DNA from: Eledone cirrhosa
Lineage: Eukaryota
Direction of reading: 5' to 3'
DNA: 64,000 nt
Assembly: GCA_964016885.1 (NCBI GenBank)
Contig: OZ024740.1
Location: 247,256,001-247,320,000, forward strand
The notes under the pieces are model-generated. The model saw nothing but the letters and a program-made list of their open reading frames with translations. It had not been told where the DNA came from and did no database searches. Every line of letters starts with the position of its first letter. The stretch's first letter is position 1. Both the position numbers and the translations under genes were made by a program. Positions 1-14,404 of this stretch are shown piece by piece.

Positions 1-1039
1 CTGGTTATATGTACTTTAATGTGTAAGAATTACACTCGCACACACACACTCACACACCATTGCACATACACACAAACACAATTACATGTACACCCGCAGA
101 CATACCATATAACAAGCACACACACAAATGCATATAGAGAGGCACGAAACAGCATACACACACATAGACACAGACATTAAAATCCCAAACAACATCAAAT
201 CATAAATAGAAAATAGAAAGGGGCAGTACTACTCTCTAACTGACCTTCCCTTTCTTCTCCCTTCTATTATCTCTTCATTTCAGATTAGTCATAGTATCTT
301 CTTCTCTCCCACACTCCAAACTCTATCTTCCAACCATTAACCGCCATTGCTATTGAATGGTGTAGATGTCAGAAGTCGCTCTTGAACCCTTCATCACGCC
401 CTCTTGGGGATGGTTGACACAGACGACAGACAAGCATCTATGTAACCACATACACATATACACAAAACAAGTCTATATATATATATATATATATACACTT
501 GTTTATATATATATATATATATATATAGTTATTGAAATAACAGATTAAAGTTTAATCAAAGAATCGCTTATATATGTTTGTGTGTATGAATATGTCTTTA
601 TATATGTATGTGTGTGTATATATGTATGCATTCATGTATGTGTTTATATATATATATATTTATATATATGTGTGTGTATGTGTGTGTTTGTGTGTGTGTA
701 TGTACATACATACATACATAAACGTAGTATAAACAGTTTGTCCATGAGTATAGTATTTAAACACATTATATAATGATTTCAAAACCTGAAATCAAGTGAT
801 ATGAAATGGCTGACTGAATATAAACGTATCCTTTCTCACAAATGTTTTTTTCCCGTTCCTTTCTTTTCTTACTAACTATATTTCTATTTTTTTTAATTTT
901 ATTTTTCATTCTCTTCTGTTGTTGAGCTAGTCTGCGTAACGTTAGAAAAACCTTTCTTTCTATACCAAGCGTTAAATCAATATATTTCTTCATTGTACTG
1001 TGTCGTTTGCTTACTTATTTCTATTTACTTTTTGCATAT

Positions 1040-2757
<1,718 letters not shown>

Positions 2758-2872
2758 TAATAAGAGGAATTCCAACTTTGTCTGATTTACTCGTTTTATT
2801 TACAATCCTTTAAAATATATAATGGTATTATAATAAAATAGTATGATAGAATATTAAATTCTAAGTGTTAAT

Positions 2873-2911
2873 TGAACAAGTACTTTCATGCTTTCGCAAT
2901 CTTCAGGTTCA
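2873..2911 (-). ncRNA. Minimal type I hammerhead ribozyme in the 3' pLTR of a Penelope-like element
   Basis: Minus: TGAAC-CTGAAGA-T-TGC-GAAA-GCA-T-GAAA-GTAC-TT-GTTCA; palindromic stem III (AGTACT); ~400 nt downstream of the GIY-YIG stop on the same strand. Confidence 0.8.
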
Positions 2912-3225
2912 TAATATGTGGTGACAGTCAAGTTTGCAATTTTCAACTGTAATAAGATGGGTAAATTTCCTACCTTTTATATATCTTATACAGAGAAAAG
3001 TGGCTCCAGAATGCTAAGCCCTGTAAACTGTATTTCGACCAATCAGTGTGTAGTTTCACTGAATTACTAAAGCTGATTGGTTTAAGCGTCACGGTTGGTT
3101 GAACATGTCTAACGACCAATAATTAATCATATCCAAAGCATCAATTGTTTTGCTATTTTTAGAAATGAAGAAAATAGCATTTTCTATTAATCATCACCAT
3201 CAACATCACTTTTATTATTATTATT

Positions 3226-3261
<36 letters not shown>

Positions 3262-3308
3262 AGTGGTCGTAGTCATAGTGGTAGTAAAAGTAATACCCCT
3301 AAGCGTTA

Positions 3309-3702
3309 TTATTGTTCATTTAGCTTGGGTTTGAATTTATCAATACAATTCTTTTCTTTGATTTTTCTCTTGATTTCACTTGGGCTGTGTAATTTGTAGA
3401 ATGGAAATGTTATAAATATTCCCTGACCACATGTTGCTAGATGGTTACTTAGGGGTATCTGACGGACATTTGGGTCTCTGATTTGTTGACGGTGTACCCG
3501 TGCACGTTCCGATAGTGCATTTCCAGTTTGACCGACATATAGTTCCTCACAATTCGGGCATTTAATGCAGTAAATTAGATTTCTGCTTTTGCAGTTCATA
3601 TTTGCATTTGGGAATATTTTTCCAGTTTTTGTTTTCATATATTGACCGGCGTGTATGGATTGACATGTGCCGCATCGACTAACATTGCATTTAGATACAG
3701 TG
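3309..3702 (-). pseudogene. Penelope-like (Neptune-type) GIY-YIG endonuclease C-terminal fragment
   Basis: RCGTC linker, then CKSRNLIYCIKCPNCEELYVGQTGNALSERARVHRQQIR...HLATC...PFYK...PKLN; an inverted copy of the linker lies at ~3727-3870 (+). Confidence 0.85.
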
Positions 3703-4319
3703 AAGGCTTAATCACAGATCGATCTTTGACTCTTAGTAAAAGACAGCCAAAAAAGTTGAAGCAATTGCTAACAAAAGCAAAGTTTGACCTTAACAACAAA
3801 GACCAATCATTCACTGTATCTAAATGCAATGATAGTCGATGCGGCACATGTCAATCCATACACGCCGGTCATAAACGATCTTAACCAAGATGATATTTAC
3901 CAAAAAGAAGGACAAGTCAACATCATTGGATACCATCAGTGTTGCAGGTGTTATATCAGAGTTTTCCTTCTCCTAGAATTCTGCCTTGACAAAGGCTAAG
4001 GGGTCATCCCGGTGATTTGGGATGGCCATTGACTCTTAAGAGCTCCTTTGCCCTTTGACAGGTTTTGTTTTTAGTCCTGCAGGATGTCCAAAGTCACCCT
4101 CCTCACCAAGAAAACTTGGTGGGGTTGCCAGTTTAGTCGCCAACAAACCCGACCATGAAACAGGTTGTACTGGGATACATGTTACCAGTAGCACACACTG
4201 GTATATATATTTATACCAGTAGCACCATCTGGTATGTTTGTATGTATATATACATATACATACAGACATACAAACATATATATACATATATATATACATG
4301 TATACACATATATTCACTT

Positions 4320-4352
<33 letters not shown>

Positions 4353-4361
4353 CACATATGC

Positions 4362-4438
<77 letters not shown>

Positions 4439-4444
4439 CATATA

Positions 4445-6485
4445 ACTTTGAATAACTTTGAAATGTTTCGGCCAGTATTGGCCCAGGCTATGTCTAACTT
4501 AATAGCACCACCTGGCGAAGTCTTTCAATTCAGGATTTGGGCACCATGGCCCATTCGAGAAGGGAATTACTGTTTGCGGAGACATATCCGGGTGTGGGTG
4601 GTTTGTCCGGGATTACTTCGAGGAATTTGTCCAAAGACTTCTTGAATTTTGTGTGGTCAATTTCTGTTTTGACGTGTCCTGGTGTGATGTTGAAGAGAGC
4701 AGGGCCAATTGAGGTGAAATAATTGTGCCGTATTGTTGTTATGAGTTGCGATTTAGATTTTTGTTTGGGACGTATAGCACGGGGCCCAAGCCTTGGGTGT
4801 ATTTTTAAGGTGATGCCAACATCATTTGGGCAATGCTGATGAAACGTTTTCGACATCATGCAGATAATATAACGTTGGATTGAGTAAAGTTTCAGCTTTT
4901 CTAGTCGACCCCAGTAGTCAAGGTCTGACATGCCATTTATCTTTTTCGTGATTGCCCTTTGGGGAGCTTCAAGTTTCATGATACTTTGTTTCATGTGGGG
5001 AGACCACAGTGGACAACAGTATTTAAGGTGTCGTCGGGCAAAAGTGGACAAGAGAAGGATAATGGTGTGGGAATCTCTCGACTGGAAGGTTCTGAGGATC
5101 CAGGAACACATTCTGCGGGCCATGTCAACTTTGCTGCTTATATGCGTGGCCCAGCTTATGTTGCTGTCCACGGTTACTCCCAAGTCTCCGATGTTGTTAG
5201 ATGCCACGAGAGTTTCACCGGAGGGAAGGGAGTACGGGAGTTTCAGAGCATCCTCTTTTCCAAAGTCGATCAGTTCGAATTTGTCTTCGTTCAGTAACAT
5301 GTTGTTCTTTTCCGCCCATTGAGTAACAGCCAGTAGGTCTGACTGAAGGCTTATCCGGTCATCCACGTCATTGATGACCTTTTGGAGCTTGGAATCATCA
5401 GCGAAAATTCTAATGTTGCTGTGTTTGATGATGTCAGTGATGTCATTAATATAGATGATGAAGAGAAGTGGGCCCAACACAGTGCCTTGTGGGACCCCAC
5501 TACTGACTTTGGCTGGGCTGGATTTGACTCCTTCGACTACAACATGTTCGGTTCTGTTTGACAGGAAGCTCTTGATACACTGCAGCAGCTTTCCAGTGAC
5601 ACCAATATTGGACAGCTTTCTCAGTAGAATGTTGTGATCAACCCTGTCAAAGGCCTTGCTGAAATCAAGTTAGATAACATCAGTGTTGGAACCCTCTCCC
5701 AAGGCTCTCAAAATGTCATCAAAGTGATGCAGTAGCTGCGTCAGGCAATCCCTTCCATTACGGAATCCATGCTGGTTGGAGTTCAGCATATTGTTACTCT
5801 CAAGGAAGTGAGTCATTCGCGATCTCACCACTCTCTCAAATACCTTAATGATATGAGAGGTGGGTGGGATTGGACGGTAATTCACGGCAGGGATTTGCTT
5901 CCTTTTTTGAAAACTGGGACAACAGACTGGGATAGAAGGTTTTCTGGCACATATCCAGCATCCAGTGAGTTCCGCCACAGATTGGCAAGAGGAGATGCAA
6001 GTTGGTGTTGACACGCCTTCAAGACACAAGCAGGGAATCTATCGGGACCTACTGCTGAATTATGCTTGATTTCCTTTATTGCCGCTAAGATATCAGGGGC
6101 GCCAAACGTTATGTCCGATAAGGTGTAATGGGGAGTTACATCGCCGATACAGCCCAGATCGGCCATACCAGGATTGCTGAAAACAGAGCAGTATTGTTTC
6201 TGCAGTATCTCACCCATGGTTTTAGCATTGTCTTGAAGAGTGCCATTTTCATCAATTAGAGGGCCAACAGTAGAGCCAGTGATTTTGTGTTTTTTTGCAA
6301 ATGAAAAGAACACCTTGGGATTGAGTTTGATCTTCTCAATGCCCCAGGCCTCTTCAGTTCTTCTCTGATTGTTGATGATAGACATCATATTGTTTTGGAG
6401 GTTATGTTTTTTAATCTCTAGTGATGAAATGGCAGTCAAGTTGATGTGTTGCTGCTGACAGTATTTCAGCTTGTTGATTTTTTTG
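4445..6485 (-). mobile_element. 5'-truncated, frameshifted CR1-group LINE (RT fragment plus 3' end)
   Basis: NYRPI..TSHIIKVFERVV, QHGFR.GRDCLTQLL, LGPLLFIIYINDI, FADDSK, YCCPLWSPH, LDKFLEVIPDKP..PGY...NSNSL across ORFs 5882-6544, 5670-6029, 4530-5480. Confidence 0.85.
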
Positions 6486-7010
6486 TTATATATACATATA
6501 TATATATAAAATATATATATAGATATATATATACATATATACAAGTAAATATAAATTAATATATATGATGAAACACAAATACCAACATATATGTGTTTAT
6601 ATTGTAAAAGAAATTAAGTTAGCTTGAATGAAATATACTAATTATAATATTATTACAGTTTGCCTATCTCGATTTAAAATAATAAATCAATAAAAACAAA
6701 CAGTATTGGCAAATGAGCATGGTGTTTAGACAAATTTAAATTTCAAAATCAAACCTGTTCCGTAGATAAGTTAAAACTTTAAAATCCAAATATGTTTCGA
6801 GATGAATAAGTGTAAGGATATCATGTCCAGCTCACATCAGTAAACACCCTGAACAAATTGATATGCTTCACTTCTAAATATTTTAAAAGACTGTTTAACG
6901 CACATGGTTTAACACATGGTTTTTCAGTTTCTAGCCAGCCTCATACTCGTACTGCTAGAAATAACAGCCGTATATATGGGACTACTATCAGCTCAACGTA
7001 AGGAGCAATT

Positions 7011-7142
7011 ATATTAAGTGTATTGAGTTCAAAACTCAAGCATTCCTTTACAATGAAATAGCTCAAAGAAAGAAATATTTCTTTCTTTGAGCTATTTCAC
7101 TGTAAAGGAATGCTTGAGTTTTGAACTCAATACACTTAATAT
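7011..7142. repeat. Near-perfect ~130-bp palindrome with no spacer
   Basis: ATATTAAGTGTATTGAGTTC...GAAAGAAAT|ATTTCTTTC...GAACTCAATACACTTAATAT; one mismatch seen. Confidence 0.92.
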
Positions 7143-7192
7143 ACATATATATATATACATATACATATATACATATACATACACACACACAC

Positions 7193-7280
<88 letters not shown>

Positions 7281-7399
7281 ACATACACATATATACATGC
7301 ATATACACCTAAAAAAAATATATATACATATAAATATATACATATATATATATACACATATATACACACACATACATACATATATAATATATATGTATG

Positions 7400-7475
<76 letters not shown>

Positions 7476-7503
7476 AACAAAAGATGGTTAAAACAGTTCC
7501 ATG

Positions 7504-7574
7504 TATTTTATTATGCGCATTTCAAAAACAAATATCATCATGCAATAATATTTGTGTTTTCATCAGATAAAATA
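7504..7574 (-). ncRNA. Type I hammerhead ribozyme (TATTTTAT stem I family)
   Basis: Minus: TATTTTAT-CTGATGA-AAACACAAATATTAT..ATGATATTTGTTTTT-GAAA-TGCGCA-TA-ATAAAATA; stem III palindrome ATGCGCAT. Confidence 0.85.
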
Positions 7575-7923
7575 GGAAGACATGATATGAAGGTTAAAAA
7601 ACACTTGTGGATAGTGCAGTTTTAAATCAACATATGAAAATTAGTTTTAGATTGATGTGTGATATTGGGAAAACATTTTTTTAGGGGGGGGGTGAAAAAG
7701 AGGAGGAGATGAGAGTAAAAAGTGGAGAGGGAGGAGTATAATGAGGAAGGATGAGATAGGAGGAGAGATGGGTGATAGAGAGAGAGAGATAGCTTTTATA
7801 ACTGAGAAAAATATATTATTTTACATAGAGAGGTTGAAAAACCGTTGGAAGATAATGTATAAATTAAAAGAATTTGAAAATTAACGAAGAGAAAAATAAT
7901 GTAAAGTTAAGGTTTGTCTATTG

Positions 7924-8090
7924 AAGGGTTTAATAATATGTGCGATGAAAAGAAAATGTTAATATGTATTAAGAATAATATTTAAGGGTGTAATAATATG
8001 TGCGATGGAAAGAAAATGTTAATATGTATTAAGAATAATATTTAAGGGTTTAATAATATGTGCGATGGAAAGAAAATGTTGATATGTATT
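7924..8090. repeat. 60-bp tandem repeat, ~2.8 copies
   Basis: AAGGGTTTAATAATATGTGCGATG(A/G)AAAGAAAATGTT.. recurs at 60-bp spacing. Confidence 0.9.
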
Positions 8091-8389
8091 ATTAAAAAGA
8101 ACAACAAGTAATGTAAGTAAGGATATATTGTGAGATGAGCATGAGTAAGTTAGATGAAAGGGTGAAAAAAATAATGAATTGAGGATGAATAATCTAACGT
8201 CAAAAAATGTTTATGTTTACGAAGGATTTGTGCAAGGTAATGTAGAGTAAGAATGTATTGTATTGTGTAATAATTGTTTCTATGCTAGGCAACATTGAGA
8301 AAAGGTACAGATTAGGGGTTAGACATTAAAAGAAAAAGAGAAGAAAGGGAAAATGAAGAAAGGGAAGTGATAAATAGGAGTGATATGGA

Positions 8390-9817
8390 ATGAGTAATAT
8401 TATACTTGAAGCTAGACGCACAGTAGTGCACTTTGAAAATAGTTATTGGGTCCGCAGGGATAGACTCTCGGAATTCGACATTACGATGGGTTCTAATGAT
8501 TCGGCGGAGGTCACGGATTTGGTTGGGATCTATATAGCCCATAGACTCCAGAGCGAATTTACGGACCTCCACGGCGGAATATACCGCGACGATACACTTC
8601 TATTAGTCAAGAATATGAACAAACAAAACCTAGAAAGGCGACGTAAAAACATTAGGAAACTTTTCTTAGAACTAGGGCTTAATATTACCTTTGAACACAA
8701 TCTTAAGGTGGTCAACTTCTTGGATGTTACCTTCAACCTTAATAACGGTAATATAGAGCCATTTCACAAACTTAATGAAAATCTTAAGTACGTTAATGTA
8801 AAATCGAACCATCCTCATTCCATTATTAAATCTATCCCTAAAAATATATCCATAAGGATCTCCCGACTGTCGTCTAATTTGCAGACCTTCAACGAGCATG
8901 CTGAATATTATAATGACGCACTTAGAAAAGCTGGTTACTGCGAGAAAATTGAATATCTAGACGATAACCACATAAGTACTATGAATAAAACACATCTAAG
9001 TCGAACTAGTATTGCACCACACACACACATCAATAGGCATACTAACAGGTGCAAACCAGCAAATAGAGTCAGACGTAGAGAGTACATATGGTATAACCCC
9101 GTGTACAATTCTTCTATTAGCACTAAGATTATCTCACAATTCTATACACTAATCAATAAACACTTTACAACTTCACATAAATACTATAAAATCTTTAACT
9201 CGCGCACCATTAGACTCTCATACTCCACTGCACCTAACATAGAACAACTAATTAGAAAACTCAACTCAGCAATACTGAATAAGTACATCCCTAATGACTC
9301 AGCGCACCAGCATAGCAACATGCAACGCACTAACACGCAACCGCAACCCCACCAAACTATCCAGGATTCTACTGCAAAACATAAAAATAGTTGTAACTGC
9401 ACCAAACCAGGTACGTGCCCACTGAATAACCAGTGCCTAGCACGCAATATTGTCTACCGGTGTACAATAAATTCCGGGACCAACAAATGGTATTACGTCG
9501 GATGTACCGCAACTTCTTTCAAGGCTCGCCTATACCAACATCGATCTTCGATCAGGCACGAGGAAATGCGCTCCGTAACAACCCTCGCCGATAAAGCCTG
9601 GCAGCTTCGGAGGAACAATCAAGCGTTCTCCCTTGATTGGCAAATTATTGCAGCTGCGCCTGCATATCAGCAAAATCATCGATTCTGCAAGTTATGCAAT
9701 TTAGAGATATACTGCATTTTAACGTCGGTAAACAAACTTTTGAACAGCAAAATTGAACGTTCTCTATACTGTAACCATCGTTTGAAAACGACTTTTTCTT
9801 TTTTTAAATGCATATAA
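8390..9817 (+). CDS. Penelope-like retroelement RT (C-terminal half) plus GIY-YIG endonuclease, 5'-truncated but uninterrupted
   Basis: FDITMGSNDSAEV.DLVG, YRDD, FLDVTF, WYNP, CNC..CPL..QCL linker, IVY..YVGCT..FKARL..H, CKLC..E; no start codon context upstream. Confidence 0.9.
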   Translation: MSNIILEARRTVVHFENSYWVRRDRLSEFDITMGSNDSAEVTDLVGIYIAHRLQSEFTDLHGGIYRDDTLLLVKNMNKQNLERRRKNIRKLFLELGLNITFEHNLKVVNFLDVTFNLNNGNIEPFHKLNENLKYVNVKSNHPHSIIKSIPKNISIRISRLSSNLQTFNEHAEYYNDALRKAGYCEKIEYLDDNHISTMNKTHLSRTSIAPHTHINRHTNRCKPANRVRRREYIWYNPVYNSSISTKIISQFYTLINKHFTTSHKYYKIFNSRTIRLSYSTAPNIEQLIRKLNSAILNKYIPNDSAHQHSNMQRTNTQPQPHQTIQDSTAKHKNSCNCTKPGTCPLNNQCLARNIVYRCTINSGTNKWYYVGCTATSFKARLYQHRSSIRHEEMRSVTTLADKAWQLRRNNQAFSLDWQIIAAAPAYQQNHRFCKLCNLEIYCILTSVNKLLNSKIERSLYCNHRLKTTFSFFKCI

Positions 9818-10226
9818 TGTTACCTTTTTACACCAACGTTTGCAAATTTCTGTCTTATATGTTTATACACTAGATATGGCTTTCTATAATAATAGTATTA
9901 AACACTGTTTTTCTGGACCCCTTTAGAAATAACCTGCTACTATAATAGCCCTAATAACTTGTCTGTGACATTGTACCACTTTGACCCCTCTAACTAAATT
10001 TTGTCCGAACAACACCACTAGAAGTATCTACTTCCCAGCCAACCTTAGCACGCCTCATTAAGCTAACTGCTGCCAAAACATTCTCTCTTCACAATCTCTA
10101 CTAGTCTGACAGTCTTAAACCCTAAGACTCCCTCCACCTTACTCACTTCCCTCTTCCCCTTCTCTTCCTACCTCCTTCTTTATCTTTATCTAGTGTATAA
10201 AATATTTTCATATCATTCTAATACAA

Positions 10227-10343
10227 AGGTCTGATGACATGGTGTGTAGGCTTACAGTGTACTTTCGGTTTTTGATAATATTTGTGTATTATTCAAATAG
10301 CGAGGTATAGGTAACTCATACACTATAGAAACAATTGTTACCT
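10227..10343 (+). ncRNA. Type I hammerhead with ~90-nt stem II in the 3' pLTR of the 8390-9817 Penelope-like element
   Basis: AGGT-CTGATGA-C-ATGGTGTG...TACACTAT-A-GAAA-CAATTG-TT-ACCT followed immediately by AATAAA (10344-10349). Confidence 0.8.
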
Positions 10344-10380
10344 AATAAATTCTATATACCCGCATTTCCATTTCGTAAAT

Positions 10381-10700
<320 letters not shown>

Positions 10701-10787
10701 TTATGTATACTCCAGTCCTACAAACTGTAGAGTGCTTCTTATCCGATATCTGCATTGCTTTATTGTACTACAATAAAACTCACCTCC

Positions 10788-10963
<176 letters not shown>

Positions 10964-11643
10964 CATGTATGTGTATGTATATATATATATATATATATAA
11001 ATATGAGAATAAACGTGCTGCGGAGTTGCAAATGGGTTACATATGAATAAAGTGGTCCTTCATCAGTGATCTTCCAACCATCATCGGTGTTTCTTCGCTT
11101 TAAAGACCATATACCTCCGGTTGGTGCCAGCAACGGCTAAAGAAAGTCGTTGGGACATGTAAATAAAGGGAACAGCGAGAGTGTAAACAAACAAAGATGG
11201 TGAAGCAACGAAAAGTGAGGAAGAGCGAGTCAAGTCCAAAAATTTCCATGAATATAAGTTCAGTGAAATCGTGAACGAGAGAGAATAAAGACCAGCAAAC
11301 CTGGTTGAAATGTGAGCAAGGAAGGAATTTCGCACAGGTCTAACGGGAGGAAGAAGGGGTCTAGTCTGTGAATTCGGTAAACATAAGTTCTGTGAAATCG
11401 TAGACGAGAGAGAGAAAAAATGCCGACCGGCCTGGCCAAGCGTGCGAAAGAAAAGAGAGTGTTTGTCGGAAGTTTCTGATATCCTTGGGGAATTTTAATG
11501 TTAGTGTCATGTACGTTTTCTGTGTCATGCGAGTGATTTGTATGCGTGGATGTGGTCTGAATTTTTGGCGTGTTGTGTAGTCTTTTTCTCTGATGCTAGT
11601 GTTGTGTTGGATGTAGTGTAATAATTGGTTGTTGTTCAAATTT

Positions 11644-11830
11644 AATTGTTTCTACTTTAGGCACAAGGCCAGCAATTACCCAGTGCATTACTGGTACTTT
11701 ATTTTATCGACCCCGTAAGGATGAAAAGCAAAGTCAACCTCGGCGGGATTTGAACTCAGATCGTAAAGGGACGTAACTATGCTGTAAAGCATGGCGTCCG
11801 ACCCTCTACCGATACTGCCAATCCACCGCC
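11644..11830 (-). mobile_element. tRNA-derived SINE
   Basis: Minus: A-box-like TGGCAGTATCGG, B-box GTTCAAATCC, core GC(C/T)TTTCATCCTTACGGGGTCGATAAAATAAAGTACCAG; about 8 copies in the window. Confidence 0.85.
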
Positions 11831-11839
11831 TTTGTTGTT

Positions 11840-13379
11840 GAAATTTAATGCTATGTAGTGTGTATCGTTTTGGTTGCTTTGTTTTGTTTGCGTTTGTTGT
11901 GGGTTTGTTTCTGTTTCGCTTGTTGGTGATTTGTGTGGAGTTGGTGATGGTGGTGTTGGGGTTAAGGATGGTGATGGTGTTTGTGGTGATGAGGCTGGTG
12001 ATACTGGTGTGGGTGTTGGCATAGATATCTTAACTTTTTTGTTAGTTGTTTGTTTGTTTCACCCTGCATTTTGTTTTTGGAGGGCGAAGGAAGAGGATTT
12101 TTTCTTTTTGGGGTTCTTTTTATTTTCTCTTTTCCTGATACAGTTTCCCACTCATCCTCGTCGTCACTATCAGTCTCCAGTTACGATAGGTCGGGGAGTG
12201 GAAAATCCTCCACAGGCGCTGGTGCTAATTCTGGTGTGGTAGGTGGTGCTGGTGTTGGTTTTGCTACTATTGCTGTTACAGTTGCTGAGGTTGTTGCTGC
12301 TACAGTTGTTGCTGCCATTTCTGCTGCTGGTTTTGATGGTAGAGTTACTGGGGTAGGTAGGAGAGGTGGCCTCAACTTTTTAGCCTGAGGGCAGAAAGCC
12401 TTTAGGTGGGTTCCTTCGCCACAAACGACACACCTAGGCCTTCTACCCTCAACGGCTACGGTGAGGTGGCTGCCGTCAGTTAGGTCTATCACCTCTGGAA
12501 TTCCCTCTATGTTTTTTGGTCCGCTTGGATCAGGAGCTCCATCCCAGATGCGGACCAGTTCTTCTGCTTTTCTTTTGATATCTTAATTACTTTAGTGCTG
12601 GCCTCGATGTCGGTGAGGACGGCAGCCATTAGCCAGGGAATTTCGATGGCCGGCGGAAATGGGTCACCCTGATCTTCACGAGTCTCTGACCACAATAGCT
12701 TGGGACGAGTGTGAACTCGTCACTTCTTAATGAGGCCATGGAGTACTCTCTGGCTTCTGTGGGGTTCCAAAGACCACGTTCACTGTTCCATGTTTCTGCC
12801 CACATCTGATGTGGGTTTTTTCGCCCACACATGTCCCAAAGCTTTTTGTATCTGGGACCCGGATGCATGTTCCACTCGGCGTGATTTTGTGTTTATCGTC
12901 CGATATGACACGGTGCATAGGCGCCGACGATTCATTTTATTAGATGGGGGGCTGACCCTGTACCCATCTTCTTTTACCATTCGTTTGGCTTCAATCAATT
13001 CATCCTGGCTTACCTCGATTGTTTCGCTTTTCTTGGCTGCTTTGGCAAACGACACATTTTGTTTTGCGGTAGTGTTGATGTTGTTGTTATTCTCATTTTT
13101 GTTGTTGTTGCCGTTGTTGTTATTGTTATTTTTGTTATTGTTATTTTTAGTTGCAGTTGTGGTGGTGGTGGTGTCAGTGGTGTTCGGCGTGGAAGAATCG
13201 ATTTTGGGTGAATCCATTTCGATATCACGAGATAATAATTTATTTTTTGTTTCTGTTGTTGCTGTGGTGGTGGTATCAGTGGTGTTGGTTGTTCTTTTTG
13301 ACATTGTGAAGGTGGGGATGGCAGCTTTAACACCTGTGGTTGTTGGTAATGGCAAGAAATCCATGTCTGTATGCGGCAA
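11840..13379 (-). pseudogene. Disrupted L1/Tx1-like ORF1 (gag-like, zinc knuckle)
   Basis: VSFAKAAK low-complexity N-terminus, and VEGRRPRCVVCGEGTHLKAFCP (CX2CX4HX4C) in ORF 12181-12492; several frameshifts. Confidence 0.65.
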
Positions 13380-13714
13380 ATTAAAATAATTGAGACTGCT
13401 ATTAATTACATTTTCAGTGTTGGCAACCGTGGCAAGGTGTATAATGGTGGTGGTGGTGGAGATGTTAGTATGTTAGAAGCAGGAGATTTGACTCCATGTT
13501 TTTTTTCCAAAGAAATATTTTGTTTGATAAATAAAAGTTTAAATTTTGGGCTCAAGGCCCCTATATTATCGTGTGTCCTTTTCAGAAAGCAGTATATGTG
13601 AACTTATAAACAGTTAACAACAAAGATTTTCCATAACTGGCAATTTGAAACAACTGAAAACAACAAACATTTGTGGAGCTCACGATAATACGATTTCCTA
13701 CGTAGGTAGCCAAT

Positions 13715-14140
13715 TAATAATAATAATGCTTTCTTTATTAACCACGAGGGTTAACATAAAGTATAACATTAAGAACAGCACAAGACGGTACAAATGGGCA
13801 TTTCTGCGTGTAAAGAAAAAGCAAAGGAAATGACAAAACAGAAACAAAAGAAAATTCCCTAATAGGGGGAGGCTTCCGAGGGACACTCGTGGAAAAAGCC
13901 CATTAAAAAAGCCAGTGTGAAACTGACCACTAGGGTCACCAGTTTAACAATATCTGTTTCAATACACGTTTTCAGATAAAATAACCTTGCAAAACAAATT
14001 CAAAAACAAAGTATATATATATATACCAGATAGGGTGTGGTAAAAACCAGCTAGACCATAACCCACTAGAGTACTAGATACTTGGGGTAGTAGAGTGGGT
14101 AATATGAAAACATTCAGAACCCTGGCGGCTGAGCTTGAAT
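13715..14140 (-). mobile_element. 3' UTR/tail of an L1/Tx1-like LINE
   Basis: Reverse complement matches 50440-50687: CCACGAG..CCCTCGGAAG..CCCCCTATT(A/G)GGGAATTTT...CCCT(C/T)GTGG..AATAAAGAAA..(ATT)n. Confidence 0.75.
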
Positions 14141-14266
<126 letters not shown>

Positions 14267-14404
14267 AAGAATGAGTTATTTGGTTTGTTGACTATTGAAC
14301 AAAGTTAATTTTGAAACAGATTAGAAGCACTCAACAGTTTAATCCGGAGTATCATTAATATCAATAATATTAATAAATGGAAAATATCTTTATAAAACCA
14401 TATT

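Noticed and set aside
4837-5402. CTGATGA / TCATCAG hits inside LINE ORFs (also 36181, ~46400)
   Set aside because: Chance codon sequence (e.g. ADD) with no supporting helices.
6785-6850. Minus-strand CTGATGT-GAGCTGGA...TTCATCTC-GAAA-CATAT
   Set aside because: Core mutated and no stem I partner; may be an HHR relic but cannot be supported.
11050-11110. Minus-strand GAAA...CTGATGA-AGGACCA as a type II hammerhead
   Set aside because: The complementary strand is 8-9 nt away from GAAA and stems I and III do not form cleanly.
11644-11830. tRNA gene
   Set aside because: A/B boxes are present, but there is no clean cloverleaf and it is fused to a repeated body and tail, so it is a SINE.
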